Shown one piece after another: positions 51,075 through 63,962 of a stretch of DNA of 64,000 nt. The DNA is from Eledone cirrhosa (Eukaryota). Under the pieces are notes generated by a model, which had not been told where the DNA came from, did no database searches, and saw only the letters and a list, made by a program, of their open reading frames with translations. The position numbers were made by a program, and so were the translations under genes. Within the stretch, counting starts at the first letter, position 1. Every line of letters starts with the position of its first letter. The stretch is from positions 45,942,001 to 46,006,000 of the forward strand of contig OZ024742.1 of the NCBI GenBank assembly GCA_964016885.1, in the 5' to 3' direction.

Positions 51075-51857
51075 TAGCAGATTCAGTAGAGCATCGGACA
51101 GCATGCTTTTCAGCATATAGTTACGTCCCTTTACATTCTGAGTTCAAATCTCACTGGGGTTAACTTTGCCTTTCATCCTTATAGGGTCAATAAAATAAAG
51201 TATCAGTAATGCACTGGGGTCGATTTAATCAACTTAGGCCACCCCCCAAATTGTTGGCCTTGTTCCTAATTCAGAAACCATTATCATTTGGCAAATTTAG
51301 GAGAGCAATGGACAAAATGCTTTATGGCATATAATTATGGACCTTTATGTTCTGAGTTCAAAGCCTGCTGAGTTCAAAGCCTTTTATCCTTACAGGGTTG
51401 ATAAAATAAAGTACCAGTGATGCACTGGCGTCAATTTAATCAACTTTCTCCATCATCAAAATTGTTAGCCTTGTGCCTAAATCAGAAACCATTATTTAGG
51501 TGCAGTGGATTGGTAGTATCGCTAGAAAATTGGTCATGCCTTGTGGCATACAGTTATGACCCTTTTGATTCTGAGTTCAAATTTTACTGAAGTTAGCTTT
51601 GGTTGAGAAAATAAAGCCCCAGTAATGCACTGGGGTTGATTTAATTGACTTTCCTTTTCGCCTTGTGCCTAAATCAGAAACCATTATTAAGGGTCGAATG
51701 CCATGCTTTGATGCATAGAGTTACGGCCCTTTCCATTCTGAGTTCAAATCCCGCCGAGGTTAACTTTACCTTTCATCCTTACGGGGTCGATAAAATAAAG
51801 TACTAGTAATGTACTGGGTAATTGCTGGCCTTGTGCCAAAAGTAGAAACAATTATTA
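51075..51857 (+). mobile_element. Head-to-tail cluster of four SINE copies
   Basis: Four successive B-box/core/tail units. Confidence 0.85.
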
Positions 51858-51883
51858 ACATTTTATTAATGTTCTTATTGTTT

Positions 51884-52024
51884 CTAGCAGAAAAACTACC
51901 CTTTGGGTGGTTTTCTTCTAGCATGTGTAGTGTGTATATTGATATTATACACAAGTATATATGCATGTAGATATGCTACATCAAATAAAATCGTAATTGA
52001 CAATATACACATAAATTGAACGAA
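51884..52024 (-). mobile_element. Helitron-type 3' terminus, second copy
   Basis: Reverse complement of 18267-18407. Confidence 0.6.
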
Positions 52025-52049
52025 CTGCCCTCAATGACTTGAGCTCTTG

Positions 52050-52082
52050 TAACTACTGCTACTACTACTACTGCTGCTGCTG

Positions 52083-52163
<81 letters not shown>

Positions 52164-52165
52164 TA
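52050..52165. repeat. (CTA)n microsatellite
   Basis: Direct reading. Confidence 0.98.
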
Positions 52166-52565
52166 TAACAGAACTGCACTAGACAAAATACCCTTTTATT
52201 ATCTTTATGATTAATACATATAAATAATGTTTGGTATTTGAAAGGTAGGAATTGAATAAAGATATGTAGGTACTGGCTTCTCAAATGCTCAGCCATGTAG
52301 CAACATGTCTTAGTGTATATTTTTGACAGTGCCTTGTTGGAAGACATTGATCCTCCTATTTCATTTTGAGGTTTTCTCTTTCTTTTTTTCAGATGTTGAG
52401 TTATGAAATTTGAGGAAACTACTGTTTGGTTCATTTATTTATTTTAATGAATGTTTCTGCAGTTGTTTTACTTCCCATGTGGTGCTTATCTTTTTAACTG
52501 ACAATGTATTTTGATTATTTTATGTTGTTTCCATTGTTGTATGTTTGTTCTTTCACTGGCATCTT

Positions 52566-52780
52566 TTAACCCTTTACCATTTACATTACTCTATATTTAC
52601 TATTATATTTTCATGGTAAAAGCTTTACCTCACATAATATAGAATCTATGAGATTTTGATGTCATTTATTTTGAGAACAACACCTTAACATCAGTATGAA
52701 TGGCCAGTTATGGCTGGTTTGAACAGGAAGAGGTGAGAAAATTCTGGCTGGATGCGGCCGGTTTAAATGCTAAAGGGTTA
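52566..52780. mobile_element. TTAA-flanked MITE, family 1
   Basis: TTAA|CCCTTTACCATTTA ... TAAATGCTAAAGGG|TTAA. Confidence 0.8.
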
Positions 52781-54529
52781 AAAACACATCATCTGTGTTA
52801 TTCATTTATTTATATATTTATCTATTTAATCAGTTTAAACGTCTGTATAGAACTAGTAAGTCATAACAGACCAGGGGAATTATTTAGTACTTATAGTTGA
52901 GAAACAAAATACAAGATAGACAGAAATAAGTGAATATAAAAATATAAATAAAAAAATTTTAAATAGGGGTAGCCAAGTGGAGGTAAAATAAGTGTTAAAA
53001 TAAAAATAAATAAAAAAATGGAAAACAAGGTAAGCTGTAAAGCAGCTAGAAGTTTTTGTTGAATTTTTTCATAACCTCAATATACTCAAAGGTATTGTTT
53101 ATAGTCGGTAGATCTTTTACAATATATTGTATCTCCAATTTTGGTAGTGTTCTCTGCTTTATATATCTCTAATGATCTTCATGGAATAATTGTTTTTCTG
53201 TATATTTTTCAATATCTAAAATAAAATAAAAAAGGGGAAACAAAAGGAAACAATAAGGAAATATAAGAAAAAAAAGAGAGAAAGAAAGAAAAAAAGAACG
53301 GGAAGGGGATGGTAAGAGCTCTAGTGTCGCAGTAGAGATGGGAGGGTGATTGGGCTTTGGGCCTAGGGTAAGAGGGCAGAAGTGCAGCACCCTGCTGTCA
53401 AGATGGCAAAAGCACCCCCTCCCCCAGACAAAGGCCAGTGATATCCACTGCAACAGCCACCCAATTGATGTTTCTAATGATGCAGTGATTTCGATGTTGA
53501 ACTAAATATATATATATAAGGTCATTCGATACTGGGGTCTACAGACATCTTAAAATGGTTAGCTAGTTGAATTGTATAAGATCTACCAACTATAAACAAA
53601 GCCTTCAAGTATATGGAGGGTATGAAAAAATTCAACAAAAATTGACCTTGAAATGATGGAAATGATGAAAGGTAAAAGTGACCTTTGTGAGATTTGAACT
53701 CAAAGAGCACAGAAAGCTTGAACAAATATCACAAATCATTTTATCTGACATTCTAACAACTCTGTCAATTTGTTATCTTATATAAATATATATTGTGCTA
53801 TACAGACAGATTCATATCTTTTCTAGCAAAGAGAGAGGCATAAATACTTCTATATACACAAATACTGACAAACAAACATACATATATACATGTTCATAAG
53901 CATGCACTGAAACTAATATATTTGATCACACATACACACACAATACATTTGATGAGAACAGCGGCAACAAAGTTGAACCTTATAAGATATCCAACTAATT
54001 AGACTTCATAGTAAATAAAAGGGAAAAACATAAATTTATTTTCAAATGAAGCTTAACTAGCAGAAATAGCACACCTGTCACACCTGTTTTTGATAGAAAG
54101 CCTTGTGTTTACACATGACTCTTTAATCAAGATATATATCATCATCATTATTGTTTTGCATCTGTCTTTCCATGCTTGCATGGATTGGAATGAATCCTCT
54201 CTCATAAAACTTCCTCCTACTTGTTGAATTCCTTCTGTCATCTCCTCTGTTGAGTTTAACAATTTGAGCTTCAGTCCAGGTTTTCCTCTTCTGCAGCTTC
54301 CTTCCATTGGGATCGCTCAGCACTTCAAAATTAATACTTGTCTGGCAAATAGAAGAGAATACATGACTGCAGTTATAAAAGTCTAATAGTCTTCAAGCAA
54401 CAGTCTAATAGAAATTATGATTAACTCTTAACCCTTTCATTACTACACTTTGAATAAAATGCACTTTAATTTAATTAACTTGTCATGAATTTCAAAGGAT
54501 TTACTAAAATTATTAATGTTTTTTATCAT

Positions 54530-54559
54530 TAACCCTTTAGCATTTACATTACTCTATAT

Positions 54560-54600
<41 letters not shown>

Positions 54601-54862
54601 TTTACGTCCGCTTTTCCCTGCTTGCAAGGGTGGGACGGGTCTTATTCAGCACAACATCTCTCCACTTGTCACAGTCCTTCAATTTACTATTGTATTTTCA
54701 TGGTAAAAGCTTTACCTCACATAATTATCTCACATAATATTGAATCTATGAGATTTTGATATTTATTTTGAGAACAATACCTTGGCTGGTTATGGCCAGT
54801 TTGAACAGAAAGAGGCGAGAGAATTCTGGCTGGATATGGCTGGTTTAAACGCTAAAGGTTAA
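54530..54862. mobile_element. TTAA-flanked MITE family 1 interrupted by a short RTE 3' end (54561-54682)
   Basis: MITE halves on both sides of (CAT)n plus an RTE tail. Confidence 0.75.
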
Positions 54863-56261
54863 GATGGTAATTAGGGCGGTATCAGTCAAATGTTTAGCAG
54901 TATTTGTTCAGCTCTTTATTTCCTGAGTTCAAATCTTGCTGAGGTCAACTTTACTTTTCATCTTTTTCTAGTCAATAAAATAAAATACCAGTCAAGTACT
55001 GAGAACAATATAACTGAGAACAATATAATTGACATTCACCTCCTCTAAAATTTCTGGTCTTGTGTCTCTCATAGAAACCATTATTAAGCAGGTATCTGTA
55101 ATTATAATTTAACAGAAAGTTTTTATATAAAACTATCTGAGAAGGCATTAATTTGAATAAGAACCCTTTAAGATGGCTCATTTTATTTAATAGAAGGTGA
55201 GGTGTTTTGGGGTGGGTTGGTATCAAAAAGGTTAATAGTTTTGTGGCTCAGGCTGCGATTGAACATGAAACCCTTTTAATTGGATCCATTAAATTATATC
55301 TTCCAACAGATTATATTTCAGGTTTAGTAATAAAACAGTTTCTCGTGAACTATTTGTGAAGTTCAGTTATCAGGGTTTTGTGGTGTGTATAGGGTATGTA
55401 TGGTGTGTTTGCGAGTATGTGTGTGTGGTGGGTATGTGATGTGTGTGTGTGTGTGTAACATAGAGACTAATATCAACAGATAGCTCCTTGTTTCAGTCAA
55501 ATTTATGAGAAGTAAAATACATCTGCTATAAAGAACAATTAACAGAGAAGAAACATTTCAAGATAGTATATTTTATGTTCTATTTGGTAACAAAAGTAAT
55601 TCAACTCTTAACATCCTGTACCACTTGAAACCACATTAGCAAGACATTCTTGAAAAATATAAAATAACATAATGACTGCATCATATTAAGAATTAGAGTC
55701 TACTTTAAGACTACAAATTTTCACAACAATCTGTCCACTAATAAGGATACTAGAAACATTTGAGTTAACAAAATGTTTTTCTTTATATATTTTTTACTAA
55801 ATCATTATAAGATGTTAAGAGTTAATAGAACTCTGACCAAATTGGTTGAAACACCAGATGCGAGGAGCAAAATATTAAAGTGGGATATAATTATGGTTAA
55901 ATAGAATGTGATTAGAATATGAGGAAGAATTTGAGTTAATGCTGGGAGTATATGATAATAATTAGTTTTTATATTCAATTTGGGATAATATATATTTTAA
56001 CTATTAAGTCAGAGTAAATCAGAAAGTTGAGCGCCTTGAGGTCGCTGAGAATGATGACTGCAGGGAAATAGAGTATCAAGGATGATGGGATTCTTGTGGT
56101 TTAATCTTGAATTGTGTAACTTTAGCTATTGCTCAGAGTTTGAGGACAACATCTCAGCTTAACTATTAAATTAATTATACCCTACTAAAGATCATCCCAT
56201 TCATCACCCCTAACCTGTTCTTATAGTATATATATATATATATATATAAGTTTATCCCGCG

Positions 56262-56551
56262 TTCAAATAAAAGATATATGTATATATATGTAGAGAGAAA
56301 AGACTATATATCTATGAGAAAACAATATATTGTATTTATACAGAGCACATATTACAAAGAAAAATATGTACTCTAAATATGTAATAAAAAAAGCTCCCTA
56401 TAGCGCTATTTCGTGTTGATTCCGTCTAGAGTACATAGTTTTCTTTGAAATATGTGTTCTGTATATATACAATATATTGTGTTTTCTCATGGATTATTTG
56501 GTTCTTGCTTTCTCTCTCTATATATATATACATATATCTTTTATATTTGAA
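56262..56551. repeat. Long imperfect inverted repeat in (TA)n (Penelope-type inverted pseudo-LTR)
   Basis: Arms about 56262-56375 and 56427-56551 are reverse complements. Confidence 0.75.
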
Positions 56552-56662
56552 TTATTATGGCTCTGGACAAAGTCTATTGAGCTGGTTTATTGAGAAGCAC
56601 AAAAATTAAACATATTTATATTTATGTTTTGATGCTTCACATTTGTGTGTGTATATATATAT

Positions 56663-57503
56663 ATAAAAGACGTAAAATAAGAAAATTAAAAAAAAAAAAT
56701 TTTTTAAATTAACTTACTTAAATTTTCACTCCAACTAATTAGTTTCTGCAATGGGATAAAGACAGTTAAGTAATGAACTGTTGAGAATTTCATTGCGTCA
56801 TCAGGGAGGTCTATTCTCAGCCAAGTCTCCAGGCAATGCGCGGACACTGGGGACTCATATAAAAATAATAATAATTCGGTAAATGGAACAGCTATCGAGG
56901 ACTGGATTCCAAGCACTGAAAATTCTCGCTGCCACTGGTCAAATGGCCGATTCTAAAGAATCAATCACGTGACACTGAGGCTAGTCGGTAGGAATGGGAT
57001 GGTAAGATGACAGACGCCTACTAACACCCCCCAAAAAATTTAGTAGTGGTTTTGGCAGGTTTGCTCGACAAATTTGTGATTTGGAGATAAATATAGATAA
57101 TTTAATATATCTACTAACATAAGCGCACAGATGTACGCCAATGCCAGCAAATACACAGGTTATGTCATAGTACCTAGGTGGTTCAATGCAGGAGGATGCA
57201 GAACAATAATATAAAAGACGTAAAATAAGAAAATAAAAAAATTTTTTTTTTTAAATTAACTTACTTACTTAAATTTTCACTCCAACTAATTAGTTTCTGC
57301 AATGGGATAAAGACAGTTACGTAATGAACTGTTGAGAATTTCATTGCGTCATCAGGGAGGTCTATTCTCAGCCACGTCTCCAGGCAATGCGCGGACACTG
57401 GGGACTCATATAAAAATAATAATAATTCGGTAAATGGAACAGCTATCGAGGACTGGATTCCAAGCACTGAAAATTCTCGCTGCCACTGGTCAAATGGCCG
57501 ATT
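56663..57503 (-). mobile_element. Non-coding element with ~290-bp direct terminal repeats (551-bp period), each with a type III hammerhead-like core, inserted in (TA)n
   Basis: 56663-56952 nearly identical to 57210-57503; cores at 56782-56819 and 57333-57370. Confidence 0.75.
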
Positions 57504-57654
57504 ATATATATATATAATATAGAAATGGCTTCTATAGGACTAGAACTGTTTCATTTGGAAGAAATCACCAGGAAAATTTTCTATATTAAATATTTATGCT
57601 CTATGTATTGAGTACCTTACTTACTGTGGTTACCCATGATTGAACCTAGGATAA

Positions 57655-57690
<36 letters not shown>

Positions 57691-57722
57691 GAGAAAATGA
57701 AGTTTTCTTTACAAACTTTAAA

Positions 57723-57955
57723 GTTTTTATTGAGTATCGACCTGTTATGTGCATTTCTCAGATGATTGGCTCAAGGTCACCTATGGAAGCTATGGACTTG
57801 AGTCCAGCATCGACCTGCTTGTGATTCAACAAAATATAAAGTGAATCACTGGTCCAATGAGCAGATCGATGCTGGAGTCAGGTCCATAACTTCCATAGGT
57901 GACCTTGAGCCAATCATCTGCAAACACGTGTAGCAGGCTGATACTCAATAAAAAC
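57723..57955. repeat. ~95-bp-arm inverted repeat in (TA)n
   Basis: Arms 57723-57819 and 57860-57955; internal 8-bp hairpin GTGATTCA/TGAATCAC. Confidence 0.85.
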
Positions 57956-58078
57956 ATGTCAATGAGACTTCATTGTTTTTTTTTTAATATATATACTCTG
58001 CCTGTGCATTGAGTGCTCATATTGGTATCACCACCAGTAATTCACTGAATCACCTATATATATATATATATATACATA

Positions 58079-58455
58079 CAGTGTACCCCCGACATTCACA
58101 GTCCTGGCATCCATGGTCTTGGTTATTTGTGGAATTTTTCTTAGAACCTAACTAATAATTATTCGTGGAAACCATTGCATATTCGCGGAATTGTAAATAT
58201 CTTCTGCGATTTTTTGATGGCTTTTTAGTGGCAATATATATATTTTTTAACGCTAAATTATTAATAACAATATACCGTATTTGCTGGCCTATTGGACACC
58301 CCTTTGCATAAGATGCTCCCTCTTTTTTAAAATTATATTTTGTTTTATTTTGACGTTTATAAGCATTTTTATGGACCACATCCAATATTTGCGGTTTTTC
58401 ACTCTTTGTGTGTGCTCTAGGAATATAACCCCTGCGAATTACCGGGGAACAACTG
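58079..58455. mobile_element. Tc1/mariner-Tigger-type MITE
   Basis: TA|CAGTGTACCCCCG ... CCGGGGAACAACTG|TA. Confidence 0.7.
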
Positions 58456-58467
58456 TATATATGTACA

Positions 58468-59128
58468 CTAGCCGAATTACCCGCGTCTTGCTGTGTTTGA
58501 CACATTGTTTTTGTAAGAAAATTATGATTGATTTAAAATCAGTGATGTAATTTATGGAGAAAAACTGTGCATTTCAATATTACTCAATGTAAAATGTAAT
58601 GCATGAAAAATTGGAAAACATTTTTTGTAATATATCAAATCAAAATTACATTATTAAATCTTATTCTTCTTTTGTTTCTTGTAAATAATTTTTTTCAAAA
58701 TATCAATTCAAAACTTTTGTGAATAGGCATCATATCTTGTCATTTACCTATGGTTTAAATTTAATATAAATCAAAGGGAAAATTTTTCAGCGGAGGTTTG
58801 TGCCTCCAGGGAACCCTAATAGGGGGTTTAACCCCCATTAGGGTGTCTTAATATTATTGAAATTTGCTGAAATTTTGTGAATAGGCATCATATCTTGTCA
58901 TTTACCTATGGTTTAAATTTCATATAAATCTAAAGGAAAAGATTTTCAGCAGAGTTTTGTGCCTCCGTGAACCCTTTGGTTAAAATGAAATATACTTATC
59001 CAAGTACCCTGGGAAATGTAGTTTCAGAATATATATGGTTATGGTGGGGTCTATCTCCAAAAGCATAGGAGGAGTTTGTGAACAAACAAACAAACAAACA
59101 GACAGGAATACAACTTTATATATATGGA
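58468..59128 (-). mobile_element. Non-autonomous Helitron
   Basis: Minus strand A|TCCATATATATAAAG...(GTTT)n... GC-rich hairpin GACGCGGG...CTAG|T; internal ~157-bp duplication. Confidence 0.75.
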
Positions 59129-59609
59129 TGTGTTTTCTATATAAATTCTTAAAATCATTCCTACATAAGTCATAATGTTTTTATTTTATTGATAAACTAT
59201 GTGTATCTGGTTTATAATAGGTACACCATATCCCTGTGTGTCATGTAAAGTAATTAAAAGGGTTGGTATCAGGTAGGGCATCCAGCTGTAAAAGACTGCC
59301 TCAAAATGTCCCACCTCACCCACACCAGCATGGAAAAGTTGATGTAAAAACAATGATGATGATATAAATACAATATTATGGTAAATTTAATCATATTCAT
59401 TTTTAATTTAAATATATATTTTCTTTCTAAGAATTTAAAGAGTTTGACAATAAGTTAATGATTACATTGATGTTGTCTAAAACTTAGATCAATGTAGCCA
59501 CTATACTGATTCACACTTTACTAAATTTTGGTATACTTTCAAACTTTCATATTTAACTATACCAGAAATGTGAGGAATAAATACTAGTTTTATTATTGTT
59601 ATTATTATT

Positions 59610-59907
59610 TGCTTTGTGGCATACAGTTACAGCCCTTTATGTTCTGAGTTCAGATCCTGCCGAGGTTAACTTTGCCTTTCATCCTTATAAGGTCAATGCA
59701 CTGGGATTGATTTAATCGAATTCCCCTCCCCCAAAATTGTTGGTCTTGTGCCTAAATTAGAAACCATTATTATTATTATTCTGAGTTCAAATCCCGCCGA
59801 GGTTAACTTTGCCATTCATCCTTACGGGGTCGATAAAATAAAGTACCAGTAATGTACTGGGTAATTGCTGGCCTTGTGCCAAACGTAGAAACAATTATTA
59901 TTATTAT
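59610..59907 (+). mobile_element. Two tandem SINE copies
   Basis: B-box, core and tail motifs. Confidence 0.8.
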
Positions 59908-60435
59908 GTTTACAGAAGGGTTCTCAGGTCTATACAAGACTTTACCAATACAATATAAAAGGCACAGTTTTGTTGATATCTTCTTTCAGTCAATATCCTC
60001 TGAATATAGAAGGGACAGATTATCTTATAATGGATCTCTGACATATTCAGGTAGACTGAGAAGAACGGTAATTAGGGACTAAGTTGACCCAGAAAGAGTA
60101 GACAGAACAGAACTTCACACTCCTAGTTGTCATCCATTAAACAATCTTATCTTTTTGATGATGTAAAAACAAGTATAAACATGATATATATTCCCTAACT
60201 GAAATCTACATAACATCCTGTACATATACTTTTTCTGGTTTTATAAAGACTGAATTTCAGAAATTTAAATGTAAACACCATGGATAAAAAATATCAGGAG
60301 TTTGTTAAGAAATACAAGCATTCTAAAATTCATTTATATTTCCTCTGTAGTAAAATCATGTTTTGGTGAATTTTGTACAAAACTATGGCATGTTTTGTCA
60401 ATTCTGATGCAAATTTACTATAAAGTCACCCTCAG

Positions 60436-61222
60436 CACCCTTTCGCATTTAAACTGGTTGTATCCGGCCAGAATTCTCTCACCTTTTCTGTTCAAACTGG
60501 CCATAACCAGCTGCTTATACTGACATTAAGGTATTGTTCTCATAATAAATATCAAAATCTTGTAGATTTGATATTATGTGGGATAATTCATCATCATCAT
60601 CATCATCACCGTTTTACGTCCGTTCTTCCACGCTAGCATGGGTTAGACGGGTTGTCCTGTTGTGGGCAGTGTCTGGTCGGCTGACCATGCCTTGCTCATA
60701 CAGGAACTGATCTGGCTTGATTTCTACAGCTGGATGCCCTTCCTAACACCAACCTCATTTACAGTGAGTGCTGGGTGCTTTTTCGTGGCACCTACACGTC
60801 CACTTTACAGTGTGGGCTGGGTGCTTTTTTGCCGTGGCACCTCCACGACCACCTTGCGGTGGGGGGAGTGGGGGCATATTGTTTATATGCTTCAGCATGT
60901 ACCCATGGGAGGTCGGGTACCCTGTATTACTGCGTGACGCCAGAAGTCACGGTCGTGTGTCATTGTCTTTGAGAGGTGTAGTTGGGTAAGGTCGGCTTTT
61001 ATCACCTCATCCCAAGTCATCTTGGGTCTCCCCACTCTGCGGTTGCCATCAACTTCTAGTGCTCTGCACCTTTTTATGCAGCTGTCATCCTTCATACACA
61101 TCACATGTCCATACCAGCATAACCGCCTCTCCTGCACGCAGCATTTGATTCCTCTGTGAGGTAAAGCCTTTACCATGAAAATACAATAGTAAATATAGAG
61201 TAATGTAAATGTTAAAGGGTTA
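60436..61222 (-). mobile_element. TTAA MITE family 1 interrupted by an RTE 3' fragment (60589-61154)
   Basis: MITE halves flank the RTE C-terminus and 3' UTR, homologous to 5942-6500. Confidence 0.85.
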
Positions 61223-62719
61223 AAGACAAACATGACTTACATTTCTCTTTTTGTTCTCACTTGACCATATGATGGTCACCTAGTGGCGGCTAACTTTGAC
61301 CAGTAACACAGACAGAAATATGTTGTAGATCTCTTCCACTACCCTCGTGCATTCTCTTTACACACATCTTTAACCTATCACCCTCTTTCACATAACAATT
61401 CACACAGACATCATGTAGTGTATAAACTTTGCTTATTTCATAATTGTATTTCTGTAACATCCAAAGATTTGAACAGCATTTCAAATCTAAGATTGACAAA
61501 TAAATCTATTTTTGTTGAATCGATGCCTTCATTTTTCTCTATTCATTTTAGTCAATATTCAGATTTAGCAAGTATGAATGAGATTCTGCTGAGGACTTAA
61601 AACATGCTAACCATGTGTTCTTAAGTATAATTCAGTTTACCCAAATTAACTTTTAAACATCTCAAACTAACAACAACCAAGTTCTTATGGCAACCCATAT
61701 TGAATCAATTACATACAATCTTTAATACAATCTTTCAGCTCAATATTTCTTATAATAATATTTGTTTCTACTTTTGACACAAGGCCAGCAATTACCCAGT
61801 GCATTACTGGTACTTTAAGATCATTTCTGTTTAAATTAAAATCTTCCAACATAAATTGATATAAGAACAGTTTGTTAAATTAGGTTACAAACACCATCTT
61901 AATAATTATTTCTAATTTAGGCACAGAGCCAACAATTTGTGAGGAGGGTAAAGTTGACTATTACTTTACTTTATTGATCCCAGAAGGATGAAAGGCAAAA
62001 TTGACCATGGCAGGATTTGAGAATACTAACTTAATAATGAAATAATAAATATTGTTATATTTGGAGCGGGTCATGTTGTTCTAATATTGCCAGAAAAATA
62101 TAGTAAAACACACTCACTGTTTGGTTTGGTTTTCACTTCGGTATATCTTTATATATCTATAAATAATTTAGCTGGCAACCAATGTTTATCATTGATTGAT
62201 CAACAGTTAAAAATATAAATATAGTTTCTCAGAGTTCTTTCATCACACATATCAGTGACATCATCAGTGATTATCATGTTTCTATGTTTCCCCCCATTGT
62301 GTTCCTAAAACACAAATACATTGCTGAAATTCCAATCAAGTGTATTTCATTAGAAATATGGTTAGGAAAGGATTAATAAATAGTTAAAGGTTTAACAAAT
62401 TTAAAGTGTAGAGAAATGTTTCCAAAAGTGAAAATATTCTGAGATTTTGTGATATAGGGGATTTTTTAATAGAACATAATAAAAACTTACTTTTTTATAT
62501 ATGAATAATTTTTGCTTAATTTCTTCTTACAGTTTCTTAGGGTGGTGGTGGTGGTGGTGGTGGTGGGGGGGGGGGGATTATCTGTAACCTATAAAGTGGA
62601 GGTGCTTAGGTCAGTGGGATTTGTCTGAAACTATAGGGTATAGGTTCTCAGGGTGGTGCGGGTTTGTTGTAAAATAAAGGGTGTAGGTTCTTTGAGTGGT
62701 GGTGATTGTCTGTAAAATA

Positions 62720-62975
62720 TAGGGTATTGTAGTCCCACTTGATGAATATTGTAAAAAGACTGAAGTATGGTAGCCCTTTTTGATGAATATTGTAAAAGGA
62801 CTGAAGTATGGTAGCCCCACTTGATGAATATTGTAAAAGGTCTGAAGTGTGGTAGCCCCTTTTGATGAATATTGTAAAAGGACTGAAGTATGGTAATTCC
62901 ACTTGAGTATTGTAAAAGGACTGAAGTATAGTAGCCCCTCTTGTGTATTGTAAAAGGTCTGATCTATAGTAGCTC
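62720..62975. repeat. ~40-bp minisatellite
   Basis: GATGAATATTGTAAAAGGACTGAAGTATGGTAGCCCCACTT, about 6 copies. Confidence 0.9.
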
Positions 62976-63484
62976 CTCATCTTAGTTGTGTTTGTCACAT
63001 CTGTTTAATGATAATTTGTCATATGAAGAACAAAAATATTGAGACAAGAGGAATGAAGAAAAATATAGTACAAGGACCAGTGAAGTTTATAATTCAACAA
63101 CTCTCCAAGGAATCAAAGTTGTTGGTTTGGTGATCATCAATGGCACCACAATAAATGGCATGGCTATAGGAATAAAGGGTCCCAAAACCCAAATTGAATA
63201 TTTTTGCCTTGAGGGATGAACTTTAGAATTACTGCTTTCGTTACCATATTTCTAATAAAATACACTGCCTATGTGTTTCACCACCACTGCTCAGTCTTCC
63301 TTGAGAGGACCAGTACTTCAGTCATTGCAGCACTGATTTTCATTCCTGTCAGGCAGCACTATCAAATGCATGTCGGACATCACCTTTCAATTAGTTAAGA
63401 GCGCTCCAGATTATGGTGAGGGGTAGATCAAGGGAGGGGTGTTAGGATGTTGGAAGTGTATGGAAAGGGGAGGTAAGGGCGAAT

Positions 63485-63865
63485 AGTGCATACTAGATGT
63501 ATGCTTCAACCAATACACATGGGAAGGCGGGTCTTCTGTATTACTGCATAACGCCAGAGATATCAATCCAGAGCCTTCAAGAGATGCAATTGTACAAGGT
63601 CAGCTTCCTGGGGCTTCCTACTCCATAGCTTCCATCAACTTTGAGCGCCCTGCTTCTTTTTGTGCAGCTGTCATCCAGCATATGCAACACATGCCCTTAC
63701 CAATGCAATTTCCTCTCCTGCACACTGCATCTGGTCCTTCTTATGCTCAGTTTTTCTCTCAGTTCATTTATGCTTTGCTCTTCGTGTCTATTACTATTAC
63801 ACATCTATCAAAGCATGCCAGCTTCATTTCTTTCCAATTTTCATAGGTTCTCTGCACACAATGCC
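63485..63865 (-). mobile_element. Old RTE C-terminal fragment
   Basis: Similar to 6250-6630. Confidence 0.75.
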
Positions 63866-63962
63866 TGTGGTAAATAAAAAGCAATAATAATAATTATTAT
63901 TATTATTGATTTTATTTTATCTTTTATATTTTCTAGCTTAAATTGCATTTTTCTCATCTCAG

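Noticed and set aside
51976-52434. 152-aa ORF with poly-Val
   Set aside because: Product of the (CTA)n microsatellite
59915-60050. Possible exon EGFSGLYKTLPIQYKR... reminiscent of a mitochondrial carrier motif
   Set aside because: Weak acceptor abutting a SINE tail, weak donor (GTAGAC), and no other carrier motifs
61262-61600. 69-aa ORF, CTCF-like word and possible hAT terminus
   Set aside because: Matches too degenerate to assign
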